From Verrucomicrobiota bacterium (lineage in GTDB: Bacteria; Verrucomicrobiota; Verrucomicrobiia; Opitutales; Cerasicoccaceae): a stretch of 64,000 bases of DNA. The stretch's first letter is position 1. Each line of letters opens with the position of its first letter. The stretch spans positions 320,001 to 384,000 of the forward strand of contig JBCBUK010000002.1 of NCBI GenBank assembly GCA_039818205.1, written 5' to 3'. A program made the translations under genes and the position numbers. The notes below the pieces were generated by a model. The model saw only the letters and a list, made by a program, of their open reading frames with translations. It was not told the origin of the DNA and did no database searches. This document shows, piece by piece, positions 49,086-58,430 of the stretch.

Positions 49086-49661
49086 TCACGCCTTCTTCTT
49101 GGTCATCGTATGAACGTCGATCGGTGCGCCGCAGGAGTCGTCGAATTCGATCGCAGCGACGACACCGGCCTTTGCAATGGCCGCCGGGTCACGTAGACGA
49201 TCGTAGACGCTATGCATCGCTCCAAGCGCATAGTCGCGCGCGGCGCCAATGGCCCAGAAACGAGCATATTCGCTAACGTTTCGATAGCTGCTGAATCCGA
49301 TAATTCCCACGGGGGAGATCATCAAGCCGTCCAGCTGGGACGACTCAACGGGTTGACTTTTGTCTTCGTGTGTTTCGAGGTAATACTCGTCCCGCAAAAT
49401 CGGATGAAGGGCGCGGAGGGTATCAAAGACGCCAATACGGCTCGGGTCGTTCATTGCGTCGGGATTTTCGCGAATCACACTTTCGGCTATGGTGCTGAGG
49501 GCGCCCCAACCAATAAGGCCCATCCAGCTTGGTCCCCACTTAAACAGCTTCTTGTGATTTACCTTGTGATGCGGAGGGACCTTGAGGCTTCCAGCGGTGT
49601 GGAGTGAATCTGCCGCAATGGCGATCCGGTTCCCTTTCTCAACTGCGACGATTACCGACAT
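49086..49661 (-). CDS. Proteasome/HslV-type Ntn-hydrolase, BPH-like
   Basis: MSVIVAV..AIAADS, Lys at about residue 37, LHPIL..YYL...ESSQ, SYR.V.E..RFWAIG and EFDDSCG match BPH-type proteasome homologs. Confidence 0.78.
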   Translation of the reverse strand: MSVIVAVEKGNRIAIAADSLHTAGSLKVPPHHKVNHKKLFKWGPSWMGLIGWGALSTIAESVIRENPDAMNDPSRIGVFDTLRALHPILRDEYYLETHEDKSQPVESSQLDGLMISPVGIIGFSSYRNVSEYARFWAIGAARDYALGAMHSVYDRLRDPAAIAKAGVVAAIEFDDSCGAPIDVHTMTKKKA

Positions 49662-49774
49662 GATGATTAATTAATGGGCATTCCAGATTATGGCCATTCT
49701 TTTTAGCGCAAACCGCGACAGCTTTTTAGGCATTGAGTCTGACCTATGCTTGACCAGAGTTATCGGATAATTTG

Positions 49775-50185
49775 ATGCCAAACGAAAAGCCAGTTTCAGA
49801 GTCTGATTTCCGCCTGCGGCCGTGGCAACGAATGCGCAAGCGCCGGGAGTTTGACCGTGAGCGAGGTGTCGGTCTGCGTTATGAGTGCCCGCCGTTTCTT
49901 TGCCGCATCCTACCACCGATGGACCCGACGGCGCGTCCCTGCCGTCGGCTGGGAGTCATTGCTTCTCGACGAACGGGTGGGGCGGTGCAGCGCAATCGGG
50001 CGAAGCGGCTGTTGCGGGAAGCTTTTCGGCTAAACCAGCATGCCTTGCCAGAGCATTGCGACGTGATTCTAGTCGCCCGCAAGGAGCTGCTGGATTGGTC
50101 GCTGGAGGACTTGGAAAAGCGGTTTCAAGATGCGGCTCAACGGGCGATCAAGCGGTGGAACCGCATCAATGGAAACCGCGATTAA
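49775..50185 (+). CDS. rnpA: Ribonuclease P protein component
   Basis: [17 protein letters not shown] and [14 protein letters not shown] (RNR motif). Confidence 0.93.
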   Translation: MPNEKPVSESDFRLRPWQRMRKRREFDRERGVGLRYECPPFLCRILPPMDPTARPCRRLGVIASRRTGGAVQRNRAKRLLREAFRLNQHALPEHCDVILVARKELLDWSLEDLEKRFQDAAQRAIKRWNRINGNRD

Positions 50186-50436
50186 TGGCGACGGACCGAC
50201 CAAGCTGGCTAGGCTGGTGTGCGGCTCTTGTTGTCCGGGTCTACCAGTTGACCCTGTCTCCGCTAAAGCGACTATTGCTCGGTCCAGCCGCGGGTTGTCG
50301 TTTTCATCCAACGTGTTCGGAGTATACGCGGCAGTCCTTGCTTCGGCATGGTTTGTTTAAGGGCGGATGGTTAGCGCTCAAGCGGATTGTGAAATGCGGT
50401 CCTTGGCATCCGGGCGGGGATGACCCGGTGCCCTAA
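50185..50436 (+). CDS. yidD: Membrane protein insertion efficiency factor
   Basis: [17 protein letters not shown] and [19 protein letters not shown] overlap with rnpA. Confidence 0.93.
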   Translation: MATDRPSWLGWCAALVVRVYQLTLSPLKRLLLGPAAGCRFHPTCSEYTRQSLLRHGLFKGGWLALKRIVKCGPWHPGGDDPVP

Positions 50437-50496
50437 TCGTCAATGGCGGTGAATTCAGGCTTTTCTCATGGGGCGGGATTGACTGTAATGGGCATA

Positions 50497-51495
50497 ATGC
50501 GTTCGGAACTCGAAGCAGTCGTTGATGAGCTAAAGCGCTGGCGTGATGCCGGGCGTGATGCCGTTTACCTGGAGCCCGAGACTCTGGAGTCGCTTCGGGC
50601 CAAGGTCGCCGAGTTGCGAGCTGCGGCCCCAGAAGCGCCGGAGCCGGTTGCCGGGTCGGTGGACCCAGCATTTGAGGCCAAGTCGACCACGAGTGCCTAC
50701 CGCCGGAGCCCGCGTCAAGGTGCGGACGTCTTAAAGGAGTTCATGAGCCAGTCCAAGTCCGATCCGGTGCTTCCGAAAAAGAAAGCAAGCAACGCCAAAA
50801 AGGATGCGTCGCAGGGTTTGCCCACTGGTGTGAAACCGATTCCCGAGCCGGAGCCGCTTGAATTGCCCAGCGGGGGTAAACAAGAGCAATGGAATTGGCT
50901 GCGCGATCGCGTGCTGGGTGATCCAGTTTGCCAGGAACATCTTCGCCCCGGAAAGCAGGTCGTTTTTGGTGTCGGCGACATCGATGCCGATATCTTCTTT
51001 TGTGGAGAAGCTCCCGGAGAAGATGAGGAAACTCAAGGCGAGCCTTTTGTTGGTAAAGCCGGGCAACTGCTGAATAAGATTATCGGGGCGATGGGTCTGA
51101 AACGTGAGCAGGTCTACATCGGCAATATCATGAATTGGCGACCCGAACACGATAAGCCGTATGGCAATCGCGCGCCCGTGCTTGCCGAGATCAACTACTG
51201 CCTGCCTTACTTGATCGGGCAATTGGAGATCGTTAAACCAAAAGTCATCGTGGCCCTGGGCCTAACGGCAGCCAACGGTTTGCTTGGTCACGATCCAGAC
51301 CGACGGATGGGCAAAGTGCGGGGCAAATGGCTCGAGTTTTCGGGAGTCCCGCTCACCATTACTTATCATCCAAGTTATCTACTGCGCAATCAGAGCAACC
51401 AGGCAAAACGTCTGGTTTGGGAAGATGTACTTATGGCGATGGAGAAAGTCGGTTTGCCGATTTCCGAAAAACAGCGAGGCTATTTCAAGGGCTAG
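50497..51495 (+). CDS. Uracil-DNA glycosylase family 4 with N-terminal extension
   Basis: GEAPG.DE..GEPFVGKAGQLL, YIGNI and TYHPSYLLR motifs; start uncertain (50488 or 50497). Confidence 0.9.
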   Translation: MRSELEAVVDELKRWRDAGRDAVYLEPETLESLRAKVAELRAAAPEAPEPVAGSVDPAFEAKSTTSAYRRSPRQGADVLKEFMSQSKSDPVLPKKKASNAKKDASQGLPTGVKPIPEPEPLELPSGGKQEQWNWLRDRVLGDPVCQEHLRPGKQVVFGVGDIDADIFFCGEAPGEDEETQGEPFVGKAGQLLNKIIGAMGLKREQVYIGNIMNWRPEHDKPYGNRAPVLAEINYCLPYLIGQLEIVKPKVIVALGLTAANGLLGHDPDRRMGKVRGKWLEFSGVPLTITYHPSYLLRNQSNQAKRLVWEDVLMAMEKVGLPISEKQRGYFKG

Positions 51496-51653
51496 TTGAG
51501 GGGGCATCGATTGAAGTCGGGTCGAAGGTGCATTTCCAGTGCCATAGAAATCGTCTTCTGTAATGCAGAGGTTTTCGATGTCCCGGCCAAGCTGAGGCGG
51601 ACGGAAGATTAAGGACTTGCTGAATCTACCCGGGGACGTTTCGCTTCCCGGTT

Positions 51654-52454
51654 ATGAAATTTGTTTTGCTTTGCCCCATCGTTGTGGTCGCCGCTCTCTT
51701 ACTCGCTGCGTGCGGTAAGAAAGAGGACGCGCCAACGGTAGAGTATATCGACGAAGACGGAACCATCACCACCGATATCAATGCGGTGGATGATGGCACG
51801 GTTGAGTTTCGGATGCGGGGCGAGGGGCAGATTCCAGAGGTTGCGCAGGCCTACCATGAGCAAGCGCGTATGGTGGCGCAGACCGGTGATTACGCTCAAG
51901 CGATCGATTTGCTGGAGAAGGCGATTTCTAATGCACCCGATTGGGCCTACCCACACTACGACATGGCCTTTACCTACCTGTTAATCAATGAGCAGGGCCG
52001 TTCGTTGGAGAAGTTTCGTGATGTTGATAATATGGAACCCGAGGGATTCTTCACGACGAAGACTGCAATCTGGAGCCTCGAGAAGGAGGTCACGGGCGAG
52101 TTCCCGGCGGGGCTTTACCTCGCCTACACGATGCTTGAGTGGGAGCCAGAGGAGAACAAGCTCATGGTGGTTAACCAGATGGTTGAGAAGTATCCGGCCT
52201 TCGCTCCGGGCTGGAAAGAGAAGGCCTTGCAGACCGAAGACTTTGTGGAGCGAATCGACTACATTGACAAGGCGCTGTCCTTGAATCCCGATCTGGAGAC
52301 TTACGGCATTTTGCAGGTTAACAAGGCAGTAACCTTGGCGCTGATGGAACGCGACAAGGAAGCCAAGGAGCTGTTGGAGGCTCTGGTCGTTGGTGACCAA
52401 TCGACGAAGTCGACACTCGCGATTGCACAGGAGGCGCTGAAGAACCTGGACTAA
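51654..52454 (+). CDS. TPR-repeat lipoprotein
   Basis: LAAC lipobox, TPR motifs (AIDLLEKAISNAPDWAYPHY, ALSLNPD). Confidence 0.82.
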   Translation: MKFVLLCPIVVVAALLLAACGKKEDAPTVEYIDEDGTITTDINAVDDGTVEFRMRGEGQIPEVAQAYHEQARMVAQTGDYAQAIDLLEKAISNAPDWAYPHYDMAFTYLLINEQGRSLEKFRDVDNMEPEGFFTTKTAIWSLEKEVTGEFPAGLYLAYTMLEWEPEENKLMVVNQMVEKYPAFAPGWKEKALQTEDFVERIDYIDKALSLNPDLETYGILQVNKAVTLALMERDKEAKELLEALVVGDQSTKSTLAIAQEALKNLD

Positions 52455-52459
52455 CCGTG

Positions 52460-53026
52460 CTAGCGCCGTCGTGCGATCAGGAGGCGCGGACTATCCTGCG
52501 TGGGATGGTCACCGTCGTTCCAAGTAACCTCGTCAAACTCGCTTTGATTTTCCTCGATCCATCTCAGAATCATGGCCTCCTCTTCGTGCCCGCCCGGGTG
52601 TCCTCGGTAGATCAGAATGGAAAGCAAACCGCCTGACTTGAGCATGCAACGGCTGGCATCCAGCGCCTTTCGCGTTGAATCAGACTGCGTGATCACGTGC
52701 TTATCCGAGCCGGGCAGGTAGCCCAGGTTAAAAACAACGGCATTAATTTCTCCGCGCTCTGATTCGGGCAACATATCGATTAAGTCCGCATGACTACCTT
52801 CGATGAGTTCGACTGATTCGAGATAACCGGCTGATTGAAGCCGGCTCCGCGTTTGAGCAAGGGCGATGGCTTGTCGGTCGATGGCGGTGACGTGCCCGCC
52901 GGGAGAGACATACTTTGCAAGCCAAAGTGTATCGTGCCCGTTTCCAGCCGTCGCATCGATGACTCGATTACCGCTCTTTAGGTGCTTGGACAAAATCGAT
53001 TGATTTACCTGAGTGAGTCGCGGCAT
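52460..53026 (-). CDS. YtqB/MnmM-like tRNA methyltransferase
   Basis: IDATAGNGHDT, FNLGYLPGSDK and YRGHPGGHEE motifs; start moved to ATG 53026. Confidence 0.85.
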   Translation of the reverse strand: MPRLTQVNQSILSKHLKSGNRVIDATAGNGHDTLWLAKYVSPGGHVTAIDRQAIALAQTRSRLQSAGYLESVELIEGSHADLIDMLPESERGEINAVVFNLGYLPGSDKHVITQSDSTRKALDASRCMLKSGGLLSILIYRGHPGGHEEEAMILRWIEENQSEFDEVTWNDGDHPTQDSPRLLIARRR

Positions 53027-54090
53027 TATTTGGCGGGCTTCTTCTTCGGGGGACGGGCGGCAAAGTCGCACTCCTCGGGGAGTGGTTTTCCATCGATGAG
53101 GAAATCGGCGAACTGGCGAGCTAGCCAGGGGATGAACACATTTCCTTTGGAACCGAATCCATTGAACACGGCAACTTGCGGATTGTCAGGATGGAGGCCT
53201 GCACGTGGTATGTGGTCTCCCGTGGCGCAGCGTACGCCGGCGCGATGACCGATGACCCTTAGCTGATGACCGGGCAGGGTGTCCTCAACTTTAGACAGTA
53301 TCTCAAAGCGACCAGCTTCAGTCGGCTCGTGATCGGTCTTACCGCGGCCATATGTTGAACCGGTCCAAGCAGATCCATCTGGCAACGGGATGATCCATTT
53401 GTTGCGGTTGATCGGATTGGCCGGTAGTGGTTGATCCGACTTGATGGTCAGAATCTCTCCCTTGTTGGGTTGGAAATTGTAATCCTTGAACCAAGGGTTG
53501 TTCAGAATGCGCCAGCCTTCGGCAAATATGACCCGTTCGGCTTTGAGGTCACGCCAGGCGACATGATCGGCGTGGACTTGCAGATGGTCGTGATCAAAGT
53601 CAGCCTGGTGGAGTAGATTCTCTTTCTGGAAGAATTCAGTTAGGCAGTTGAGCAGGGGATTGGTTTCGACATAACCGCTTTGGTGGATCAGTAGGCTTCC
53701 GTCTCCGTCATTGACCCCGTGTTGGGAATCCGCGGGCTGGTCCGGGCCCAGAAAGGGTGTGAAACGCGGATCATCGCGGCGCTTCGCCAGCTGATTCTTT
53801 TCCGCCTCGCCATCAATGACGCGAAGGATCGGTGTCTCGTTGAAAAAGGATCGTCCGAATGTCTCGGCAATCTGTTGGTGAAACGCTTTCGCGGCTGGTA
53901 GGCAATCCTCGATACGCCAGGCGAGGTTGAGCCGCTGCCCTTGGACAGGGTTGACCATGCCCGCCGCAACCCGAGTCGAGCTGGTCCGATGGCAGTCATC
54001 GATGATGGCAATCGTTTGGCCGCGCCGATGCAACTCCCACGCGAGAACGCTACCCGCCATACCTTGGCCTATGATGATTGCCTTAAGCAT
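53026..54090 (-). CDS. FAD-dependent oxidoreductase, DAO family (MnmC oxidase-domain-like)
   Basis: IIGQGMAG, SSTRVAAG, KGEIL, GSTY, AGVR and GFGSKG motifs; start moved to ATG 54090. Confidence 0.85.
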   Translation of the reverse strand: MLKAIIIGQGMAGSVLAWELHRRGQTIAIIDDCHRTSSTRVAAGMVNPVQGQRLNLAWRIEDCLPAAKAFHQQIAETFGRSFFNETPILRVIDGEAEKNQLAKRRDDPRFTPFLGPDQPADSQHGVNDGDGSLLIHQSGYVETNPLLNCLTEFFQKENLLHQADFDHDHLQVHADHVAWRDLKAERVIFAEGWRILNNPWFKDYNFQPNKGEILTIKSDQPLPANPINRNKWIIPLPDGSAWTGSTYGRGKTDHEPTEAGRFEILSKVEDTLPGHQLRVIGHRAGVRCATGDHIPRAGLHPDNPQVAVFNGFGSKGNVFIPWLARQFADFLIDGKPLPEECDFAARPPKKKPAK

Positions 54091-54124
54091 GCTTTGTGAT
54101 GCAAAGTATTGATGAGTTGTGGAT

Positions 54125-54166
54125 AAAAAACCAGCCACCGGTTGGTAGGACAACGCAATGGCTGGT
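54125..54166 (-). terminator. Putative intrinsic terminator after the PEPCK gene
   Basis: ACCAGCCA/TGGCTGGT stem with an inner GTTG/CAAC stem, followed by a T run on the minus strand. Confidence 0.6.
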
Positions 54167-54191
54167 GTGGAAATAGCGTAATGCTGTGTTG

Positions 54192-57100
54192 CTAGCTATG
54201 CAGGTAGGGGTCGGCGCCAAGCGTGCCAACGAGTTGCTCGACCCGGCCTGGTGCACGATAGATGGCCAGCGTTTGGCGGGCATGGTCAAGGCGGGATTCC
54301 AATTCGCTGGACATCGAGTTGTCCAAATTCTTTTGAATCTCCGCACCCAGGTAGGCTTCATGGCGTTCCCACAGGGCGATCTCAATCTTCTGGCGGCACT
54401 CGAGGCGAGCACGGTACCAGTCGCTTTCGAGAACGGCTTTGCGGGAGAATAGCTCGCGAACTTCTGGGTCACTGATGCTCTTACCCTCGTAGGTGCCATC
54501 GCGCATGATGTGCAATAGCGCCTTGAGTGGTGGGCATGCGCCTTCGATTGAGTTATCTTCGAAGTAGAGCTTGGCGACACGTTCGTGGGTGGCGAGGATG
54601 TTGTCCAAGCCATCGGCATAGACTTCCAAACCTTGCGCTTCCGGCTTGAGCATTTCTTCTGTCAGAACCGCGGCAGGGTTGCCGAAAATTCGTCCAAAGT
54701 AATGGCGAACAAAACGAGCGGTAATCCGATAGCCCAAGATGCTCGACTTCACGGTGCGTCCGTTTACCTCGACATCTGGAACCGGTTCGAGCATGCCCTC
54801 GTCAATCAAGGTTTGTGGATCGCGCTCACGTGGCTTCATGCGGCTCCAGACCTCGGGCACTAGCAGCGAGACGTCATGGTCGACCCGGTTCTTCGGTCCA
54901 ACGTATCCCGCGGCAGTGATAAACGGCTGATAACCAGTCAGGATAAAGGAAACCAGCGCATTGTTGAGGTCAACGATCGGAGGAAGGCAATTGAATGGTC
55001 CCTTCGTCAAAGCACCTTCCGAACCAGCGCCCGTCGTCGACGGACTCTTACCCGTCATGGAGGAAATGACTTCCATGAAGAACTCAGGCAATGGCAGGTA
55101 GTGAATTGGGTTGAACACCGCGAGGGAACGGATACCGTCTTGCGGCGGATTGTTCCGGCGACCCGGCAGCACTGCGTTCACTGGCATAGGGACGGGCTTG
55201 TTGTCGCCAATCCGGCGGAACAAACGAACACCGATCTCACCCAGGTAGTAGTGGCGCGGATCAACCAAATCGTCGCGGTCTTGGAGATAGCGAGGATTCT
55301 TTGTTGGCTTGCCATCAACCAAGCGTGGGTTCGAATTGATCACCATGTAGGAGCTGCCTTCATCCGCGAGGAATCCCTTAATGGCATCCTGCATTGGCTG
55401 AGTGAACTGCTCAAAGCGAATGGCGTCTTCAGTGAGGTCTTGGACGAACTCGCGATCGAGGGCCTCATAGTTCGAGAAGAAATTCCCAGGCTTGGACATG
55501 TCGAGCTCGGTGCGCTTGTCGTAACCCCGTACGATGGCGTCGTCTGGACGTTGGAACAGGCGGAACTCGCAGTTCTCAATGAACTTGACTGATGGGTTGT
55601 CGTAACGCTCGTTTAAGTGCTCAATGCTTTTGGCAGGAACGACAACGGCGGCCGAGATATCATCCTCGGTTTGCAGCTTCGATGCCGGATGGTAGTCCTT
55701 GCGCAAGCCAAAGATACGCCATGATCCGTCTTCATTGTAGCCGACCCGCAGGTATTGGGTGACCAGTCGCATGTCGCGATATTTGAGCCAATTGCCCGAT
55801 GAGCCGTTTACCGTGTCGACACCGAAGCGGCTGCGCCAGTCACCTTGCCAGTCTTCTTTATAGAAGCGTTTAACAATGAAGATGAGTTCCTTGATGTAGT
55901 AAGGGATGTCGCGCAGCCAGGTGTTGTATTCGTCGGTGTATTCCGGAGCTGGAGTTAGCAGCTTAACCACCGAGCCCAGGCTACGGCTTTGGTCGAGGAC
56001 CTTACGTCCTTCGGGACGGTTCTTAGCCTCGTCCTTGAAACGCATTCCATATTCCTTCGCGATGATTTCTTCGACCTTGTCGAAGTCGCTATCGAAATCA
56101 GCGACGATTACCGGCGCGTAAATAATTGCGTCGGAGATGGATTTTGAAATCTCAGACTTTCCTCCACCGGATACCGTGCAAGGCTTGTGGCAGAAGGTGC
56201 CCTCAGCACTCGTTCCAACGAGGCGCCAACGCCGACCCTCAGTGGCTGGACGTAGCATCTCGATCTTGTAACCGGACGGCATCACGTAGGTGATGTGTGG
56301 GCGCAGGCGCATGCAACGGCGATTGTCATCCTTGCCCCAGCAAACGGTTTGGTCGGCAAGCGAAATGATCGTGTCTTCCGGCACGTAATGGATGTCCGGA
56401 TATTGCTTGTCGATCGCGTGGCCCTCTGGCTGGCGCACGATACGATCGCCGAGAACCTGCATCGCCTCTTCGAATTTGTGGTCGAGCTCAGGAATGAACT
56501 TCGCCAAGCGGAAGTCCTCTCCAAGGTCATAGCTGGGGAAAGCAATGGCTCCACCAGCGTGTTCTTCTTCGGCCAATCCATAGAGGTTGGCAGCGTAGCT
56601 GATCTGAGTCTTAACCTCCTTCTTGCAGTAGCCGAAATAGTTGTCCGCAATGATGGTAATGACCACGCCTGATGCATCGCGAGCGGTGAGCTTAAAGGCA
56701 GTGCCGCCATTGTAGAGCTCATCATCTTTTTCCCAGCACATGCCATCGCGCTTCTGCCCCTCGGTGGCTTCGTCGATATGGGGAAGACCAAGCTCCTTCT
56801 TGGTCTTGGTAATTAAGTGTGGTGCCAAGATTACGCAGCCGGTGTGCCCGGTCCAATGATGGACATCCACCGCTGCATCGTTTTCCGGCAGGAACGGATC
56901 ACCAGCATTACCAAAGATACTTTCAACAAAGTCCAGGTTGGCGACCATGTTGCCCGGGGCAAAAAACCGAACTTCGTAGCGCTTTTCAGAAATGGTCCCT
57001 TCAACACTTGGGCAAACGACCGGACGCATCAGCAACGATGTCCAAACCTCCGCCGGGGTCTCCGCGTTTGCGGTGAATGGCAATTGCTTGAGTGAGCTGG

Positions 57101-57647
57101 GTGGATTCAACGCTTCTTTGAGCATGCGCGCAAAGGTCACCTTTGGCACCGCCAACTTGTCAGCGGGAATCGGCAGGCCGCCCTCGGTTACGTGGAAGAC
57201 ACCCTTGGTGGTGCGGCGGTCGCTCTTTGGATTGTGGATGACGCCGTTGTGCACCCGGTAGCTGTTGATAATGTCCGAGGAAAATTCATCTTGCTCCGGT
57301 GGGACTGAGAGGACGCGGGCCAGACCGTGGCGGTCGAGGCAAAGAGTGCTGTGGGGCAGGCGCGGGCGTGGCTCACTTGGTGGGAGCTCCTCCAAGTAGC
57401 GGTCGATGAAGTCCTGTGCCCGTTGATCAACGGGGCTCAAATGCCCGGCGAGCAGACGTGTCTGTTCTTGATACTGAGCCAGAATCCCTTTGGCCAAGCG
57501 CATGAACGGATAGTTGGCTTCATCGCCGACGATTGGCTGGTTCAGGCCAGCGAGTTTTAGATTCGCGTATTCGATCAAGAATGGATCGCGAGATACGGCG
57601 CGACGTTCGTTGTCAGGCAAGAGACCAATGGCGGTTTCCAGGTTCAT
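54192..57647 (-). CDS. PPi-dependent phosphoenolpyruvate carboxykinase (PEP carboxytransphosphorylase)
   Basis: About 1150 aa; HNPKSDRRTTKGVFH, ADNYFGYCKKEVKTQISY, HKPCTVSGGGKSEISK and GKSPSTTGAGSEGALTKGPFN; start moved to ATG 57647. Confidence 0.88.
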   Translation of the reverse strand: MNLETAIGLLPDNERRAVSRDPFLIEYANLKLAGLNQPIVGDEANYPFMRLAKGILAQYQEQTRLLAGHLSPVDQRAQDFIDRYLEELPPSEPRPRLPHSTLCLDRHGLARVLSVPPEQDEFSSDIINSYRVHNGVIHNPKSDRRTTKGVFHVTEGGLPIPADKLAVPKVTFARMLKEALNPPSSLKQLPFTANAETPAEVWTSLLMRPVVCPSVEGTISEKRYEVRFFAPGNMVANLDFVESIFGNAGDPFLPENDAAVDVHHWTGHTGCVILAPHLITKTKKELGLPHIDEATEGQKRDGMCWEKDDELYNGGTAFKLTARDASGVVITIIADNYFGYCKKEVKTQISYAANLYGLAEEEHAGGAIAFPSYDLGEDFRLAKFIPELDHKFEEAMQVLGDRIVRQPEGHAIDKQYPDIHYVPEDTIISLADQTVCWGKDDNRRCMRLRPHITYVMPSGYKIEMLRPATEGRRWRLVGTSAEGTFCHKPCTVSGGGKSEISKSISDAIIYAPVIVADFDSDFDKVEEIIAKEYGMRFKDEAKNRPEGRKVLDQSRSLGSVVKLLTPAPEYTDEYNTWLRDIPYYIKELIFIVKRFYKEDWQGDWRSRFGVDTVNGSSGNWLKYRDMRLVTQYLRVGYNEDGSWRIFGLRKDYHPASKLQTEDDISAAVVVPAKSIEHLNERYDNPSVKFIENCEFRLFQRPDDAIVRGYDKRTELDMSKPGNFFSNYEALDREFVQDLTEDAIRFEQFTQPMQDAIKGFLADEGSSYMVINSNPRLVDGKPTKNPRYLQDRDDLVDPRHYYLGEIGVRLFRRIGDNKPVPMPVNAVLPGRRNNPPQDGIRSLAVFNPIHYLPLPEFFMEVISSMTGKSPSTTGAGSEGALTKGPFNCLPPIVDLNNALVSFILTGYQPFITAAGYVGPKNRVDHDVSLLVPEVWSRMKPRERDPQTLIDEGMLEPVPDVEVNGRTVKSSILGYRITARFVRHYFGRIFGNPAAVLTEEMLKPEAQGLEVYADGLDNILATHERVAKLYFEDNSIEGACPPLKALLHIMRDGTYEGKSISDPEVRELFSRKAVLESDWYRARLECRQKIEIALWERHEAYLGAEIQKNLDNSMSSELESRLDHARQTLAIYRAPGRVEQLVGTLGADPYLHS

Positions 57648-57850
57648 GGCAGCGATGATTGGTTGATTATGGTTCAAGTAATTAGACGGACTGAAAAGCA
57701 AATAGGCGGCTAATACGCGGGACAACACTTTTCAGAGTGAATGATAGACTTTTTGTCATTAAATTTATTTATTACAAGAAAAATCAAAATAAGCTTAGGT
57801 TTTTGTCAACGTGTATCAATTTCGAAAATATTTTGGTTGCAAAATCTAAA

Positions 57851-57870
57851 TTTTCGGAAATTATTGAAAA
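57851..57870. promoter_or_regulatory. Palindromic operator 1 (putative GbsR-type site) ending 1 nt before the regulator start codon
   Basis: TTTTCGGAAATTATTGAAAA. Confidence 0.65.
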
Positions 57871-57871
57871 T

Positions 57872-58426
57872 ATGGAAACAGTCAATCAACCAACTACCGA
57901 GCTCGAACTTGCCCGTGAAGATTTCATCCGTCAGTGGGGTGCGATGGGTAGCGCTTGGGGAATCAACCGCACGATGGCGATGATCCATGCCCTGTTGATG
58001 ACGAACCCAGTCCCGATGACTACCGATCAGATAATGGAAGAGCTCCAGGTCAGCCGGGGAAATGCCAACGCCAACCTTCGTGAGCTTGTCGGTTGGGGGT
58101 TGCTGCGCCCCGTCGCGGTCAAAGGAGAGCGCAAGGATTTCTACGAAGCCGAAAAGGATGTATGGAAGATTTTCTGCTCGATCACCCGAGAGCGAAAGCG
58201 CCGCGAAATTGAGCCAGCCCTTGCGGTTCTTGAGCATTGTGCTGCGCGCACCAAAGATATTGAGGGCGAGCAGGCGAAGCAGTTCTGCAAAATGATGCAG
58301 GACCTTGGAGATTTCGTTTCCGCAGCATCCTCCGTAATGGATAAGGTCTCTCGAAGCGAACGAAGTAAAGTGGTTCCGGCCACACTCAAACTATTTGGAC
58401 AGAACGATAAATTTTTTAAGGAGTAA
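57872..58426 (+). CDS. GbsR/MarR-family transcriptional regulator
   Basis: FIRQWGAMGSAWGINRTMAMIHALL, SRGNANANLRELVGWGL, ERKDFY and ERKRREIEP motifs. Confidence 0.9.
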   Translation: METVNQPTTELELAREDFIRQWGAMGSAWGINRTMAMIHALLMTNPVPMTTDQIMEELQVSRGNANANLRELVGWGLLRPVAVKGERKDFYEAEKDVWKIFCSITRERKRREIEPALAVLEHCAARTKDIEGEQAKQFCKMMQDLGDFVSAASSVMDKVSRSERSKVVPATLKLFGQNDKFFKE

Positions 58427-58430
58427 CACG

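Noticed and set aside
49885..50184. Long N-terminal extension of yidD in the ORF track
   Set aside because: Overlaps rnpA; the real start is the ATG at 50185
54118..54126. Perfect DnaA box (TTATCCACA on the - strand), suggesting oriC near rnpA
   Set aside because: Single box, no cluster, no dnaA/dnaN; the AT-rich region at 57650-57870 has no boxes
57691..57735. CTGAAAAG/CTTTTCAG inverted repeat upstream of PEPCK as a riboswitch
   Set aside because: Only an 8-bp stem, with no recognisable aptamer consensus
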